In this document: piece by piece, positions 19,370 to 31,341 of the stretch | How the letters are laid out: each line of letters starts with the position of its first letter | Position numbering within the stretch: position 1 is the stretch's first letter | NCBI GenBank assembly: GCA_025594325.1 | Contig: JANHCV010000003.1 | Coordinates: 2,542,001-2,606,000 of the forward strand | Length of the DNA: 64,000 bases | Source: Blastocladiella emersonii ATCC 22665 | Lineage: Eukaryota > Fungi > Blastocladiomycota | Direction of reading: 5' to 3' | The notes under the pieces: model-generated | What the model was told of the DNA's origin: nothing | Seen by the model: only the letters and a program-made list of their open reading frames with translations | Database searches by the model: none | Program-made: the position numbers and the translations under genes

Positions 19370-22300
19370 TCACGCCGCTCGAGCCTCGCGCACGAGCTTA
19401 TCGACGCGCTTCTTGATGAACGCCTTGACCTTGACCTTGACCTTATCGGGGAGCTCGGCCTCCTTGCCCGGCGCGCCACTCCCGGCGTCGCCCTTGATCG
19501 GGTTCTGCGCCGCGAGGATCTCGTGGGTGCACGACCGCGCAACGGCCTTGAACGTATCGTCGTTCTCGAGCGGGTGCGCGTCCGTGGTCGCGGCCGACGC
19601 CGTCTCGCGGGCGCGCGCGCGGTACGTCGACAGCGTCTTGGCCACGTACTTGCCGACGGCGTTGCGGAACCACGACGGGTGCTTGTTGCTGCCGCCGGCG
19701 GGCGCCGACGACGGCCGCGCGGTCGCTGCCGCGGCGGCGGCGGCGGCGGCGGACGCGATGGTGCCGGCGCTGCCCATGGGCGCGGGGGTTCCCGCGCGGT
19801 GGTGGCTGCTGCCGGGCGTGCCGTTGCCGAACACCGGGCTGTCCTCGCTGCCGATCCCGAGCCGCGCGGCGACGCCGACGCCCGAGAAGGACGAGTGGGT
19901 GTCGTCGCCGAGCAGCGACGAGGCGGGCGACACGGTGGTCCCGCCGAGGCTCAGCAGGGACGACACGGACGCGGTGCGCAGGGGTTTCGACGCCGCCGCG
20001 GCAGCGACCTTGGCGGCGCCCTTGGCCTTGCGCAGCTCGGCGAGCTCGCGCCGCCGCGTGCGCTCCTCCTCTTCGGCAGCGCGCCGTGCGGATTCGGCGG
20101 CGGCCCGCTGCTCCTCCTCGCGGGCGAGGGCGGCGCGGCGAGCGGCCTCGACGACCGAGTCGACATCGGGCGCAGCTGCCGCGGGAGCGGCGGCGGACCC
20201 GGCTGTCGCGAGCTCGGCGGCGCTCGACTGTGGTGGTGGTGGCGGCGGAACGGGTGCGGCACCGACACCCGACGTGGGCGGAGCAGCGCCCGCGGGCATC
20301 TCCCACCGCGCCTCGCGCGTGATCGGGTGGAAGAAGAAGAAGGGCGCGGGCGGCGGGGCGACGCCGGTACCGACGGCCGCGATCGGGACGGGCGTCGGGT
20401 ACGCGATCCACCCGTTAGCGGGCGGGGGCGCGTTGCCGGCGGCGAGCGGGGGCGGGACGGGCGGGAGCGACGGGTGCGGCACGTAGCTGCTGCCGCCGCG
20501 CCGCGCGCGCTTGCTGGGCCGCGGGTCGCCGGACGACGTCCACCGGTCGCCGCTGCGGGACCGGCTGCGCGACCGCGAGTGCGACCGGCTGAGGCTGCGG
20601 GACCGCGACCTGGACCGGGACCGCGCGCGCCCGGAGCTGCCGCCGCCGGGGACGTACGACCGGCTGTTGTTGCGGGCGCGGGCCGAGGGCGACTTGGACC
20701 GGCGCCGCCCGCGGGCGTGCGACGCCGATGTTGGCGAACCCGACCGCGAGCGGGAGAGCGAGCGGGACCGGGACCGCGACTGGGACTGGGTCTGCGACCG
20801 CGACCGAGAGCGGGAGCGGGATCGCCGGCGGTGGTGGTGGTCGTGGTGGTGGTGCTGGATGGTGGTGTGCTGCCGGTACCGCTCGTTGCCGAGCTGCGAC
20901 GGCGTGTACTCGTCGGCGCCCTTGCGCCTGCTGCGCGGGACGCCGTACCGGTGCTGCGTTGCGCGGGGCGACGCAGACCGGGACCGTGGCCGCTTGGTCC
21001 CCGTTGCCGACGACCGAGAGGACGAGTCGTCGCCGCGGCGCGAGGACGACGCGGTGTCGGACTCGGAGTCGAGGCGGACGGGTTTCACGACCTTGGGGAT
21101 GCGGTACTCGATCTCGAGCGCGGCCCACGACTCGACGAGCTGCTTGGCGCGGTTGGCGACAACGTCGTCGGGGAAGGCGGAGAGGTCGGCGACGACCTTG
21201 GCGAGCCCCGTCTCCTCGACCGTGTTGCGCTTGGCAATGGGCATCTTGATGAGCAGCTCCGTCACCTTGCGCAGGCGGTGGAGCTGCGCCATGGGCGAGT
21301 TGTCGTCGTCGTCATCGTCCTCGTTCGCCGCCGCCGCGCTATCGCCGCCGGCTTCTGGCGGGACCGCGGGCTTGGGCGCGGCCATGAACCGGCGCACGAT
21401 GCGGGCGAGGAGCAGCGGGCCCTTGGCGGACCGGAACAGCGTGATGACGCGGGTCGATGCGCGGAGGAGGCGCTCGACGAAGGTGCCGAGGAACCGCAGC
21501 GAGTGGGTCTCGCCGAGCTCAGCCGCATCCCCGACACGGGCGTGGTCGTCGAGGAACTGCTTGAAGGGCTTGCATAGGCGGTCGACGGCGTCGTGGGCGG
21601 CGCCGGCGCCGCGGTTGGGCTTGCGGTTGGACCCGTCGCGGACGAGTCCGTTGGCGCGCTTGCGCTTGAGCTGGCGCGCGCGCTGGCGGTCGGCGAGCTT
21701 GTCGAGGACGGACCCGGAGCCCGACCGGCGCATGGAGCCCGACCCGGACCCGGTGCGCGAGTCGGCGTCGTCGTCGTACTCGGCCTCGTCCTCGTTCTCG
21801 TCGATCAGGTCCTCGTCGTCCTCGTCGTCCTCCTCCTCGTCCTCGTCGTCAAACTCGTCGCCCATACCGTCCACGTCCATGTCGTCCTCGTCCTCGGCGC
21901 CGGGAGCGATGACCATGGTGCCGAGCTCGGCGGCGGCGCGCTCGTCGCGGGTGGCGCCAATGAAGCCGGAGCAGTTGTCCTCGCCGCAGTAGCACGGCTG
22001 GGCCTGGGCGCCGTACCGCTCGAACTTGTAGTCGAAGGTGAGCTCCTCGCCGCGGGCGACGGGCCGGGTGGTGAAGAGGCCGATGCGGAGCTTGTCGGCA
22101 ACGACCCACTTCTGGGTCGCGCAGTTCGGGCGGCACGAGTGGTTGATGAAGCGGGCGAGGCCGCCGCGCTTCTGGGCGTCAATGAGCTGGTTGCCCTGCA
22201 GCGCCATGAAGTAGAAGTGCTTGCACCCCTCGGCGGCGTACTGCTTGGCGCGGCGCAGGAACGAGGACCGGGTGATCACGTCGCCGACGTACTCGAGGAC

Positions 22301-23483
22301 GAAGGTGTCGGCGGGCAGCGGGGCGAGGGTGCGCAGGCCGAACCCCTTGGCGTCGGCGTGGAAGACCTCGACGGGCGCGGCCTCGTGGTTCTGGAAGCGG
22401 CGGTTGCGGCAGTGCTTGCCGACGGGGCAGGTGCCCGGGCGGCACTCGATGAACATGACGCGGTTGAGGCACTGGTCGCTGCCGCACGCGCGCTCGGGCT
22501 TGTCGCCTATGTAGGAAACGGGCGAGCGGGCGGGCGAGTCAGCGAATCGTGTCCGTGCGGGAGAGGAGGGGCTCGAGGAAAGCGGACGCACCGTTGCGGT
22601 ACTTGCAGGCGCAGGGAAAGTCGTCGGCCTCCTGGGCGAGGCCGAGGCGGGCCGACTGGTAGACATTGTCGGCAATGTGGGCGTAGGTGGCGAGGGCGCC
22701 GCGCTCGGCGGCGGTGCGCGGGTTGATGGGGTCGGTCGGGTACGGCGCGAGGTCGGCCTCGTTGGCGGGCACGGGCTTGGCCGCTGTAGTTGGCGCAGAT
22801 GATGATGCTGTTGTTGTAGGTGCGGATGGTGGTGCAGGCGGTGCGAGGGCGGCGGCGGCGGCGGACCGATCGGGTATTGATTGGTCGACAGATGCGTTGT
22901 GCAGACGTTTGGAGGAGGAGGGGGAGGACGAGGACACGATGGGCGAGGCGAAGAGCGAGTGCATCGACAGGCCGCTGCTGCCGGGCGTCGACGTCGCGGC
23001 GGCGGCAGCAGCGATAGCAGCGTGCGAGGGTCGCGGGGGCTCGGGCGAGAAGAGCGTGGCGAGCGGATCGGCCGGGTCAGTCGCGGCGGCCGACGGGGAC
23101 GACGAAGATGCGGGCGCGATGTCGAGCGGGCGGGGCGAGCGGGTACGCCGCGGCGGCGTCTGCGGGTCGACGGCCATGGGGTCGTCGTCCCCAGCCCCGT
23201 TGGCAGCGAGCGGGCGATCGCGGCGCGCAGCGTGGGCGGCGGTAGCCGACGGCGGCCACTCGGGCGTGGGCAGGCGGTGGACCGGGTGCGCCGCGGCCGA
23301 CGTGCCGCCGGGCGAGGTAGCGGCGAGCGGGTCGGCCATGTCGACGGGCAGCGGCGACGGGAGGACGGCGAGCGGCGGCGCCAGGGCCGCGCCGAGTGCA
23401 AAGGCGGGTGCGGAGGGCGGAGGGGCGCTGGCGCTGGTGGCAGAGGCGGGGGCGGCCGGCAAGGCGGGGCGGTCGGCGAGCAT
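19370..23483 (-). CDS. SET2: Histone H3K36 methyltransferase Set2 (intron 22591-22507)
   Basis: AWS (CACK...CGSDQCLNRVMFIEC...CRNRRFQ), SET (KGFGLR, ARFINHSCRPNC, GEELTFDY), post-SET (CYCGEDNCSGFIG), TFIIS-N-like helix, WW (GW...FFHPITREARWEMP) and C-terminal SRI-like region. The start codon is approximate. Confidence 0.93.
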
Positions 23484-24126
23484 GCCGGCGGGCAGGGGGG
23501 CGCCGGCGGACGAGGGTCGCGGGCGGCGTCGGATCGCAGTGCAGGCGGCGGGGCGCTGCTCTAGCCGGCGCTCGCGCTGGAGGTGCAGGGAGAGCGCAGA
23601 GGCGGCGGAGGGGTCTCCTGAACGGGTCGGTCGGGAGCGGGAGGGACTCGATGAAGTGCACCGCTCGCCGCTCTCGTCACGCTGGCGCGAGGAACTGGTG
23701 GGCGGCCGTCGGTGGATGGGTGCGCGGGGGCGCAGGCAGGCGGCGGCAGCTCCGTGGCCGGTGTAGAGAGAGTGTAGTGCGTTGCGTGGAGGGCGGTGCG
23801 TGGACGACGAGTGCGTGTCTCGCGGCGGCGGCGGCGCGGGCGGCGAGGAGAGCGCGCGTCGTCGGGCGGCAGCGGCGGGCACTGGCGCGGGCACTGGCGG
23901 GTGGCGGGCCTCGTTCCCACACGGCCGTCGGTTGACCTGTGGCACAGCAGCCGCGCGCGGGCGGGAAGCCGACCACGACGTCGACGGGGGAAGCGTGCGC
24001 AGCCGGCACCCGGCGGTCAGCTGCGCGTCACCTGACGGCCGCGAGACGCGTCTCGCCACGCCCGCGCTCTTGCTTGTTTCCGCGCCGCTTCACACGCCTG
24101 CCGACTGTTGCCGATCCGTGCCTGCC

Positions 24127-24162
24127 CTCACGCCGTCACTCGCGCCGTCACTCACGCCGTCA
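24127..24162. repeat. 3 x 12-bp tandem repeat CTC(A/G)CGCCGTCA
   Basis: ctcacgccgtca ctcgcgccgtca ctcacgccgtca, read directly, between the PIP5K stop and the SET2 start. Confidence 0.85.
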
Positions 24163-24334
24163 CAAGTGGGGATGGTGGAACGCTTCGGAACATGGGGAAC
24201 ATGGCACACACGCGCGCGCGCTCGAGCGAACAACAGCGCGCGCGATCGGGAGGAGAGCAGGAGGGAGGGGAAGAGGACACAAAACTGGGAGAGGAAGAGG
24301 AAGGTGGAAGGAGGGACACGGCGCCGGAGGAGGA

Positions 24335-26946
24335 TCACGCGCGGCTCGCACCGGCACCGCCGTGGTTGAGCGACCGCGTCGACCCGAGCCCGTCCTCGGC
24401 CTCCTCGCCAATGGGCGCCGTGCGTGGTGCCTGCGCGACGTGCGACCCGCCGTACCCGCTGCCGCCGCCGCCGCCCATGGCTAATGGTGGGCCCGACAGC
24501 GCCGACGGTCCCGGTCCCTGCTGCTGCATCTGCATCTGCGACCCGTCGTATGGCCCGGGCGGCGGCGGCGTCGCGGGCACCCCGACCAGCGACTTCATGA
24601 ACGCCACGAACCGCTTGCCGTAGTCGGCCGGCTTGACCGCCGAGATCTGCTTGCGGTCGGCCGGGTTCGTCACCGCCTTGAAGGCGTGCTCCACCTTCTT
24701 GGCCGTGTTGTAAGGCGTGAGAATGTCGATCACCGACATGAAGTAGAGCTCGTTGAGCGGCCGGTTGTACGCGTCCGTGGACCGGAACCCGCCGTGGTCC
24801 GCCAGGAACACGGACCGGTTGCGGCCCGCGGCGGCCGGGTCGGGGGCCGGCGGCAGCTGCAGCGCCGAGATGGTGTCGAGCCGCGTGATCTCGGGCTGCT
24901 GGATCGCCTTGCGCATCGTGTCGGCGCGCGGCGTCGACGGGTTGCGCTGCAGCGTCATGCGGTTGGGCTCGAACACCTGGAACGGCTGCGGCCCGCCGCC
25001 CGCCGCGTCGCCCGCGCCGGCGCCGTTGCCCTTGGTCAGGTCGTGCACGCCGATCAGCAGCGAGTAGTCCATGATGTTCTTGGTCATGAGGAACACCATG
25101 TCCTTTTCGAGCTGGTCCGTGAACAGCTTGGCCTTGTCGGGCCCGAGCATCAGCTGCCGGTTCATCTTGAGCCAGTTGAGGTCCTTGAGCACCGCCCGCT
25201 TGCCCTTGCGCGCCATCTCCTCGGGCGAGATCTCGCGCCCGATCGTCGACCCCTTGAGGTCGAACGTCAGGTGGATGTCGTAATTGGGCGGGAACACGTT
25301 GGCCATGACCACGAAATGCACCGGGTCCTTTTTCGGCATCTTGACCCGGTGCAGCCCGTAGTACCGCGCCAGCAGCGTGTTGGGGTTCTTGCTCACGTAG
25401 TCCACGTACTGCGGCAGGATCTTGAGCAGCCGTTTCTGCTCGGCCGGGTGGATCGTCTTGATTATGTACCGGTAGTCGTGGCTGTAGTACAGGTAGCTCT
25501 TGGACTTGCCCGGCGAGAAGAGCTCCGACAGAATGTACTTGCCCGTGAGCGAGTTCTACACACACAAGGAGGTTAGTGTCGCGCTCCTCACACCCACCCC
25601 GCAATCGGCCATACCAGATAGTCGGGCGCCGTCAGCCCAAACGCGGCGCGAATCTTGCGGAACACCATGGGGCAGTAGTCCTTGAACTTGAAGTCGTACC
25701 GCTGCGACGACTCGAGCTCGGCGCCCGTGATGTCGCTCGTGAGCTTGTGCTGCGCGCGGAAATCGTCGGGCAGCAGGTCGCGGTCGTCCTTGGTCTCGCA
25801 CCGCGACACGGACAGCCGGATCCCCGTCAGCATGTGGTACATGAACGCGTATTTCTCGTGGTGCTTGTCGATCTTCTTGGCCCCGAAGTTGCGGCTCAGC
25901 GTGCGCCGCCGCGCGAGGTCGCTCGTCGTCGGCGACGTCGGCGAGCCGCCCGCGCCCATCTGCATGGTGCTGCTGCCGCCGCCGCCCGCCTCGTAGTAGC
26001 CGGGCGACCCGAGCGCGCCTGGGTGCTGCGCCTGCTGCATCTGCGCCTGCTGCTGCGAGTACGACTGCAACTGGCTGCCCGTGACGCTGCCGGACCCGGC
26101 GGCGCTGTTCATGCCGCTGTTTGGGAACGCGGGCGACGCGAGCCCGGACCCGGGCTGGAACATGGGGTCGGTCCCGTTGACCGTGTGGCGGCGCACGACC
26201 GAGGACGTGCGGATGGGCGCGGGGGCGGTGGCACCGCCGCCGCCGCCGCCGCCGCCGCCGTTGCTGCTGTTGCTGCCGCTGGCCGGGTGGCCGGGCCCGT
26301 GCATCCCGCTGGCCGGCTGGTGGTACCCGACGGCCGGGTGCGCGGCGGCGGCGGCGTGCTGCGGGCCGGCGCCGTGGCCGCCGGCCGAGAGCACCGTGGT
26401 GGCGTTGCCCGACTGTGACCGTGCAAGCGACTGCACGCGCACGCCCGGCAGCGTGTCGGTGGTGCCGCGGCGCGAGCGGGTGCGGCGCGGCGGGCCGGGC
26501 AGCGTCGACTGGCTGGTGGCGACGGACCCGTTGGACGCGGCCACGGGCGCGACGACGGTGGGGGATGCGACAGCCGGGGCCGTGTCGAGCGACGACTTGC
26601 GGATGGGCGCGCCCGTGGCCGGGTCGGTCGATGGCGGCGCGACCGCGTCCTCGGGCGACGCCGTGAGTTTGGTGGTGGTACCGCCGCCGAGCATGGACGA
26701 GGCGACGGAGGCGGCCGAGGCGGTGAGGATCGACGGCTTGAGGATCTCGAGCGACGGTGGGGCGTGCGCGGCCTTGGCGGGGGCGGCGTGCACGGCCACG
26801 GCGGCGGTGCTCGTGTGCGAGTTCTCGGACGACAGGTCCGAGGCCGTGAAGGGCGGCGAGGGCAGCGACATGGCGGCGGCGGCGGTCGGCGCGGCGGTAG
26901 CGGCGGATGGTGGCGGCGACTCGGGCGCGAGCGGTACGGGGGTCAT
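24335..26946 (-). CDS. MSS4: Phosphatidylinositol-4-phosphate 5-kinase, Mss4/Its3-like (intron about 25612-25556)
   Basis: YHMLTGIRLSVSRC, FKFKDYCPMVFRKIR, YIIKTI, LLARYYGLHRVK, FDLKGST, IMDYSLLIG, IDILTPY...KKVEH. Confidence 0.92.
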
Positions 26947-28086
26947 GGCGGCGAGGCGGAGCGGGAGGGTGCGCGCGGACCGGTCGGGAGAGACGGCGGT
27001 TCGGCGTGAGGGTCGAAGAGGAGGTCCGAAGGTGGGTCGCCGAAACGGTGCGGGTCGTGCAGGACCGGATACGGGTGCGGTGCCTGGGCGTGGGTGATGC
27101 AAGGGAGGCCGCAGACGGATCGCGCGGAGAGCAGCGCGCAGAGGGAGGGTACGGGTACAGAGCAGCGCGTGCGCTCTAGGGAGAGGAGAGGGGTCTATAC
27201 AAAAGCGGGGAGGAGGGCGGCGCCTCGAGGTGGATGGAGGAGAGCGGTGCGGCGCCACAGTCGTCGGCGGTCGGCGGGTCGGTCGGCCGGCGTGCGTTCG
27301 TGCGGCGGGGCGCGAGCTCGCGAATCCGAGGGCGGCAGACGGCGGGCGCGAGGGCTCCGGTGCAAATGCAGCAAGTGTGCGGCGGTGCGTAGCGATGGCG
27401 GGGGGTCAACGCCAGCGTTGTCGGGGGGAAGCGGCGGCGGGCCGATGCGGGCGCTGTGTGGCGAAGGCGAAACCTCGAACCGAGCTGAAAGGAACGGAAG
27501 GGCAGGAGCCAGACACCTTCTTCTTCTTCGGCCGCTCTCCCATCCACCACGCCGAGGAGATGTTCGCGCGCCGTGTCGCCCGCGGCCTGCCCAGTCGCCG
27601 GCGCGAGAGACAGTCCCGCCCGTGTTCGGACGGCGTGATCCGGGCCCAGGAGGGCGTGGACACTCGAGGATACCTCGGAATACTTGGTAGCAACACCCGA
27701 GCTACAATCGAGTCGAGCTGGATAATACTTGGCGAGCAGGGGGAGAAAAATGTCCCCCGCGGCGCGTGAGTTCCGCGTGACCGCGCCGCACCGCGTGCGA
27801 GACAGCGACGCGTCGCGCGACGCGGCCGCCGCCGCTGCCTCCCGCCTTGCACGAGAATAATGCGCTCGAGCCGCCGCCGGGACGCACCGGCCGATAATCA
27901 CGGCCCGGCGACCGGCCGGCCCGCTGCCGCCAAGAGTGGACCTAGTCGAGCTCCGCCGCCGTTCCCACACTCTCGCCCCCGCCCCTAGGTCTACTATTTA
28001 GGACCCAAAGTTCACGCCATACCCCGCGGCTCCTCTCTCTTCATCATCCAACCACGCATCGGATCGCACCCGCCCCACCCGCTGCA

Positions 28087-29357
28087 ATGAAGTTCCCCGC
28101 CACTACGAACACCGCGCGGTCGCGCGCCGCGGTGCTCGCCACGCTCGCCGTCCTGGTCGCGCTCCTCGCCGCTGCGACGACCTCGGTCCACGCCGAAACA
28201 TCGTGCGGGCGCCAGAACGGCGGCACCGTGTGCGCCGACGGCTCGTGCTGCTCGGCCAAGGGCGTGTGCGCCCAGACGTGGGAGGCGTGCGGCAAGGGGT
28301 GCCAGTCGGGCGCGTGCCTGCCCGTCCCTGGCTTCCCCTTCCAGTCGCAGTACATTGACGGCGACGCCGTCGCCGAGTGGAAGCGCGGCCATCCCGGTAC
28401 GCTCTCGGTTCCGTGGTATTTGGGGCGGATCGATCGTGGAACTGACGCTCGATTCGTGTAGCCGACACGTCTTCCTCGTCGTCTGGATCGGGTTCGGGCT
28501 CGACTGCTTCGGGATCCGGCTCGGGCTCGGCGTCGTCGAGCGGCTCGTCGGCTGCGACCACGAGCGCCGTGTCGACTACGACTACCACCACGACGGCCGT
28601 GTCGACGTCCACGGCCGTGACGACCACGGCGACGGGCGGCGGGTCGAGCGCGTGCACGTCGACGTCGTGCCTGTCGGCGCTCGCGATCCAGAAGGACGAG
28701 CACGGCCAGTACATGGGGTGCGCGTACCAGCGGGCGCACGCGTACACGCTCGACGACGGGCCCGAGCTGGGCAAGACGGACAAGATCCTCGACGTGTTCC
28801 TCAAGCGCGGGATCAAGGCCACCTTCTACATTGTCGGCCAGATGGGCGCCACGGCCAACGGGCAGGCCCTGCTCAAGCGCCAGTACGCCGAAGGCCATCA
28901 CGTAGCATCGCACACAAACACGCATGCCGATCTCGCGACCCTCACGACGGCCCAGATCCGCGACGAGCTGTTCAAGACCGAGGCCGTGATCAAGTCGGCC
29001 ATCGGCCTGGTGCCCAACTACATGCGCTGCCCGTACGGGTCCATCACCGCGTCGGGCGCCGCGTACATCCAGTCGCTCGGGTACAAGATGATTTACTGGA
29101 ACTTGGACTCGCTCGACTGGCAGAGCCAGAACGCGACGGCGGTCATGGGCGAGTACAAGGCCGTCATGACGTCCCCGGCCGTGTCGTCGACGGCCGGTAT
29201 AATTTCTCTCCAGCACGATATCCAGGCCGTGACGGCGGGCATGATCGAGCAGGTGCTCGACTTTATCACGGTGACCAACAACCAGGTGATCATGACCACG
29301 GGCGACTGCCTGGGCGACCCCAAGACCAACTGGTACCGCTCGGCGCTCCGGACCTGA
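28087..29357 (+). CDS. Secreted chitin deacetylase: CBM18 (hevein-like) + Ser/Thr linker + CE4 NodB domain (intron about 28397-28460)
   Basis: Signal peptide; CGRQNGGTVCADGSCCSAKGVC; CE4 motifs TLDDGP, SHTNTH, RCPYG, DSLDW, LQHD. Confidence 0.9.
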
Positions 29358-30592
29358 TCGCGCCGTGGTCTCGGTCTGTATACCCCTCCCTCTGCTTCTT
29401 GTACTGCCCTCGTATTCGCCGTCCTGCGCAATTTACGATAGCCTTGGTTTGACGACGCGAGACGCGCTGGTGAGCTGAGCCGCCCGATCGCAATCGCCCT
29501 CTCCCCGCTCATGTCTCCCTCCTCCCCGCTGCTCCCGGCCGCCCGCAGTCAGGATCGGTCATGGTGACGAGTGCCCGAGCAGCTCGTCAAAGTGAGTCAC
29601 CCGCCAGAGACCAGGTATCCCACTGAGCAACGGGGAAGCGGCCCCGCAAAGGCGGCGAGGGGGACATGCATGTGCAAGCGCCGTGATCCCGCCGTGATCC
29701 CATAAAGCGGCCGCGGCCCCGGACCCGCGCCCAGGTCGATCCACCCGAGGTTTGATCCAAAGAGTACGAGTCTGATTCGTGTGCGAGACCAGCGAGATGA
29801 GCGGACGCGGCCGATCGCCGCCGACCGGGGCATGTGGCGCGAGCGTCGGCGGTTCGCGCTCGCGCAGTTCACATCAGCGTGCCAACTTGACAGCCCGCAC
29901 GCCGCCGCCACCCTTCCGCTGCCGCTCCCTCTCTCCCCGCCCCTCCCGGCGAGCCGCTGCTCAGACTATCACCGCCGCACTTGCTGCACTCGCTCCGCAT
30001 CAACACCACGCATCGACGCCCCGCGCTCCCGCCGCCCCGCGATCGTACTGTGACTCTGCCGCCGTGAGCGCGCTCCCCCCGCCCTCCCCCTCCCGCGCCG
30101 CGCTTCGACGTGTTGCTGCCATGCGAGCAGCAGCCGTCGCGTGTGTGTGATCACGCGCCCAACCGTCATGGACATGGATCAGCACCCGCGCGGTGTGATA
30201 CGCGCGCGCTCGCCGTGGCGCGGCATGATGATGGCCTGCGGTGATCCTCGGCCGATCACATCGCTACGGCGCTGATCGGGACCGGCTATGCTCTTCCGTG
30301 TGCCGTGCAAGCTCCGTGCTGCGCCCGCGCCGTGGGAATGCTCTCGCGCGACGACCCGCCCGCTCAGTGTCGCCGCCGCGCGAGCGCGCGCACGTCCGCA
30401 CGAGGACATGCTCGTCCGACGCTCGGCAGCGTGATATCCGATCGCTTATACTGTTCGCCGCCCTCACCATCCGCCTCGCCTCCTCGTGCCCGTGGGACCG
30501 CCGCCGTGCCGTGGGCCAGACCGCTGACCTCCGTCCGCGCGTGCTCCCCCTCCGCTAGCCTCCCGCCGACCGACCCGACCCGCCCGCCCATC

Positions 30593-31212
30593 ATGCCATC
30601 CACGCCGCTCCCGCAGGACATTGTCGACTACGCGACGTTCGAGCAGCTGATCGAGATGGACGAGGACGTGCGTTGCGCACTGTACTGTTCTTTCTGTGAT
30701 CCGCCGACGCTGACACGCGTTTTGTCCCCGCACGCGCGTATCTAGGAGCCCGGCTTCTCGCAGGGCCTCGTCGACAACTTTTTCGAGCAGGCCGAGTCGA
30801 CGCTGCAGGAGATTGAGGCGTCGCTGTACGTTTCCCGCTGCACCCTTGCACTTCCAACGCGCGCGCGCGCTCACGACCCGTACGCCCACCGCGTGTAGCC
30901 AGCAAAAGGACCTGGCAACGCTGTCCCGGCAGGGCCACTTCCTCAAGGGCTCGGCCGCCGCGCTCGGCATCATCCGCGTCAAGCTGTGCTTTGAGAAGAT
31001 TCAGTACCTCGGCCAGGGCAAGGGTACGCTGCGCACCGCGCTCCCTCCTCCGTCACCGACTCGACCTCTGACCCACGCCGCGCGTAGACGAGTTTGGCCA
31101 GGGCTCGTCGGAGCCCGCCGCGGCGCTGGCGCGGATCGCGCAGCTCGTCGCCGACGTGCACCGGCACCTGGCCGAGGCGCGCACCGCCTTCAACGCCTTC
31201 TACGCCGCCTAG
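30593..31212 (+). CDS. YPD1: Histidine phosphotransfer (HPt) protein, Ypd1-like (4 exons)
   Basis: The spliced product reads ...TFEQLIEMDED-EPGFSQGLVDNFFEQAESTLQEIE...LSRQGHFLKGSAAALG.... The HFLKGSxAxLG HPt signature is intact. First intron is 30668-30745. Confidence 0.93.
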
Positions 31213-31341
31213 TTATCCGCCTCCGTAGCAGCCAGTAGTAGCTCTCCCAGTCGCGAGTCGTTTTTTTCCTGATGATATAATCATGTACCTGTGCTTGTTA
31301 CCGATGTATTCACACTCCACTCAATCTTTCCCTCAAACGTC

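Noticed and set aside
19322-22726. ORFs 19322..21577(+), 20511..21992(+) and 21593..22726(+), including RD-repeat translations
   Set aside because: Antisense shadows of SET2; the RD repeats are the reverse complement of its RS tract.
27490-27760. AT-richer intergenic patch with a small hairpin (GGGGGA-8nt-TCCCCC, 27739-27758); possible ncRNA
   Set aside because: No snRNA, tRNA, SRP or RNase P/MRP signature recognised, and a 6-bp stem is expected by chance. An Infernal/Rfam scan would settle it.
28087-29357. CBM18 + CE4 chitin deacetylase beside the HPt gene
   Set aside because: Ordinary architecture for chitin-walled early-diverging fungi, all catalytic motifs intact, no evidence of a link to the phosphorelay.
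29680-29770. Tandem GCCGTGATCCC x2 and GGTTTGATCC resembling a tRNA T-loop/B-box
   Set aside because: No cloverleaf, acceptor stem or A-box can be built around it.
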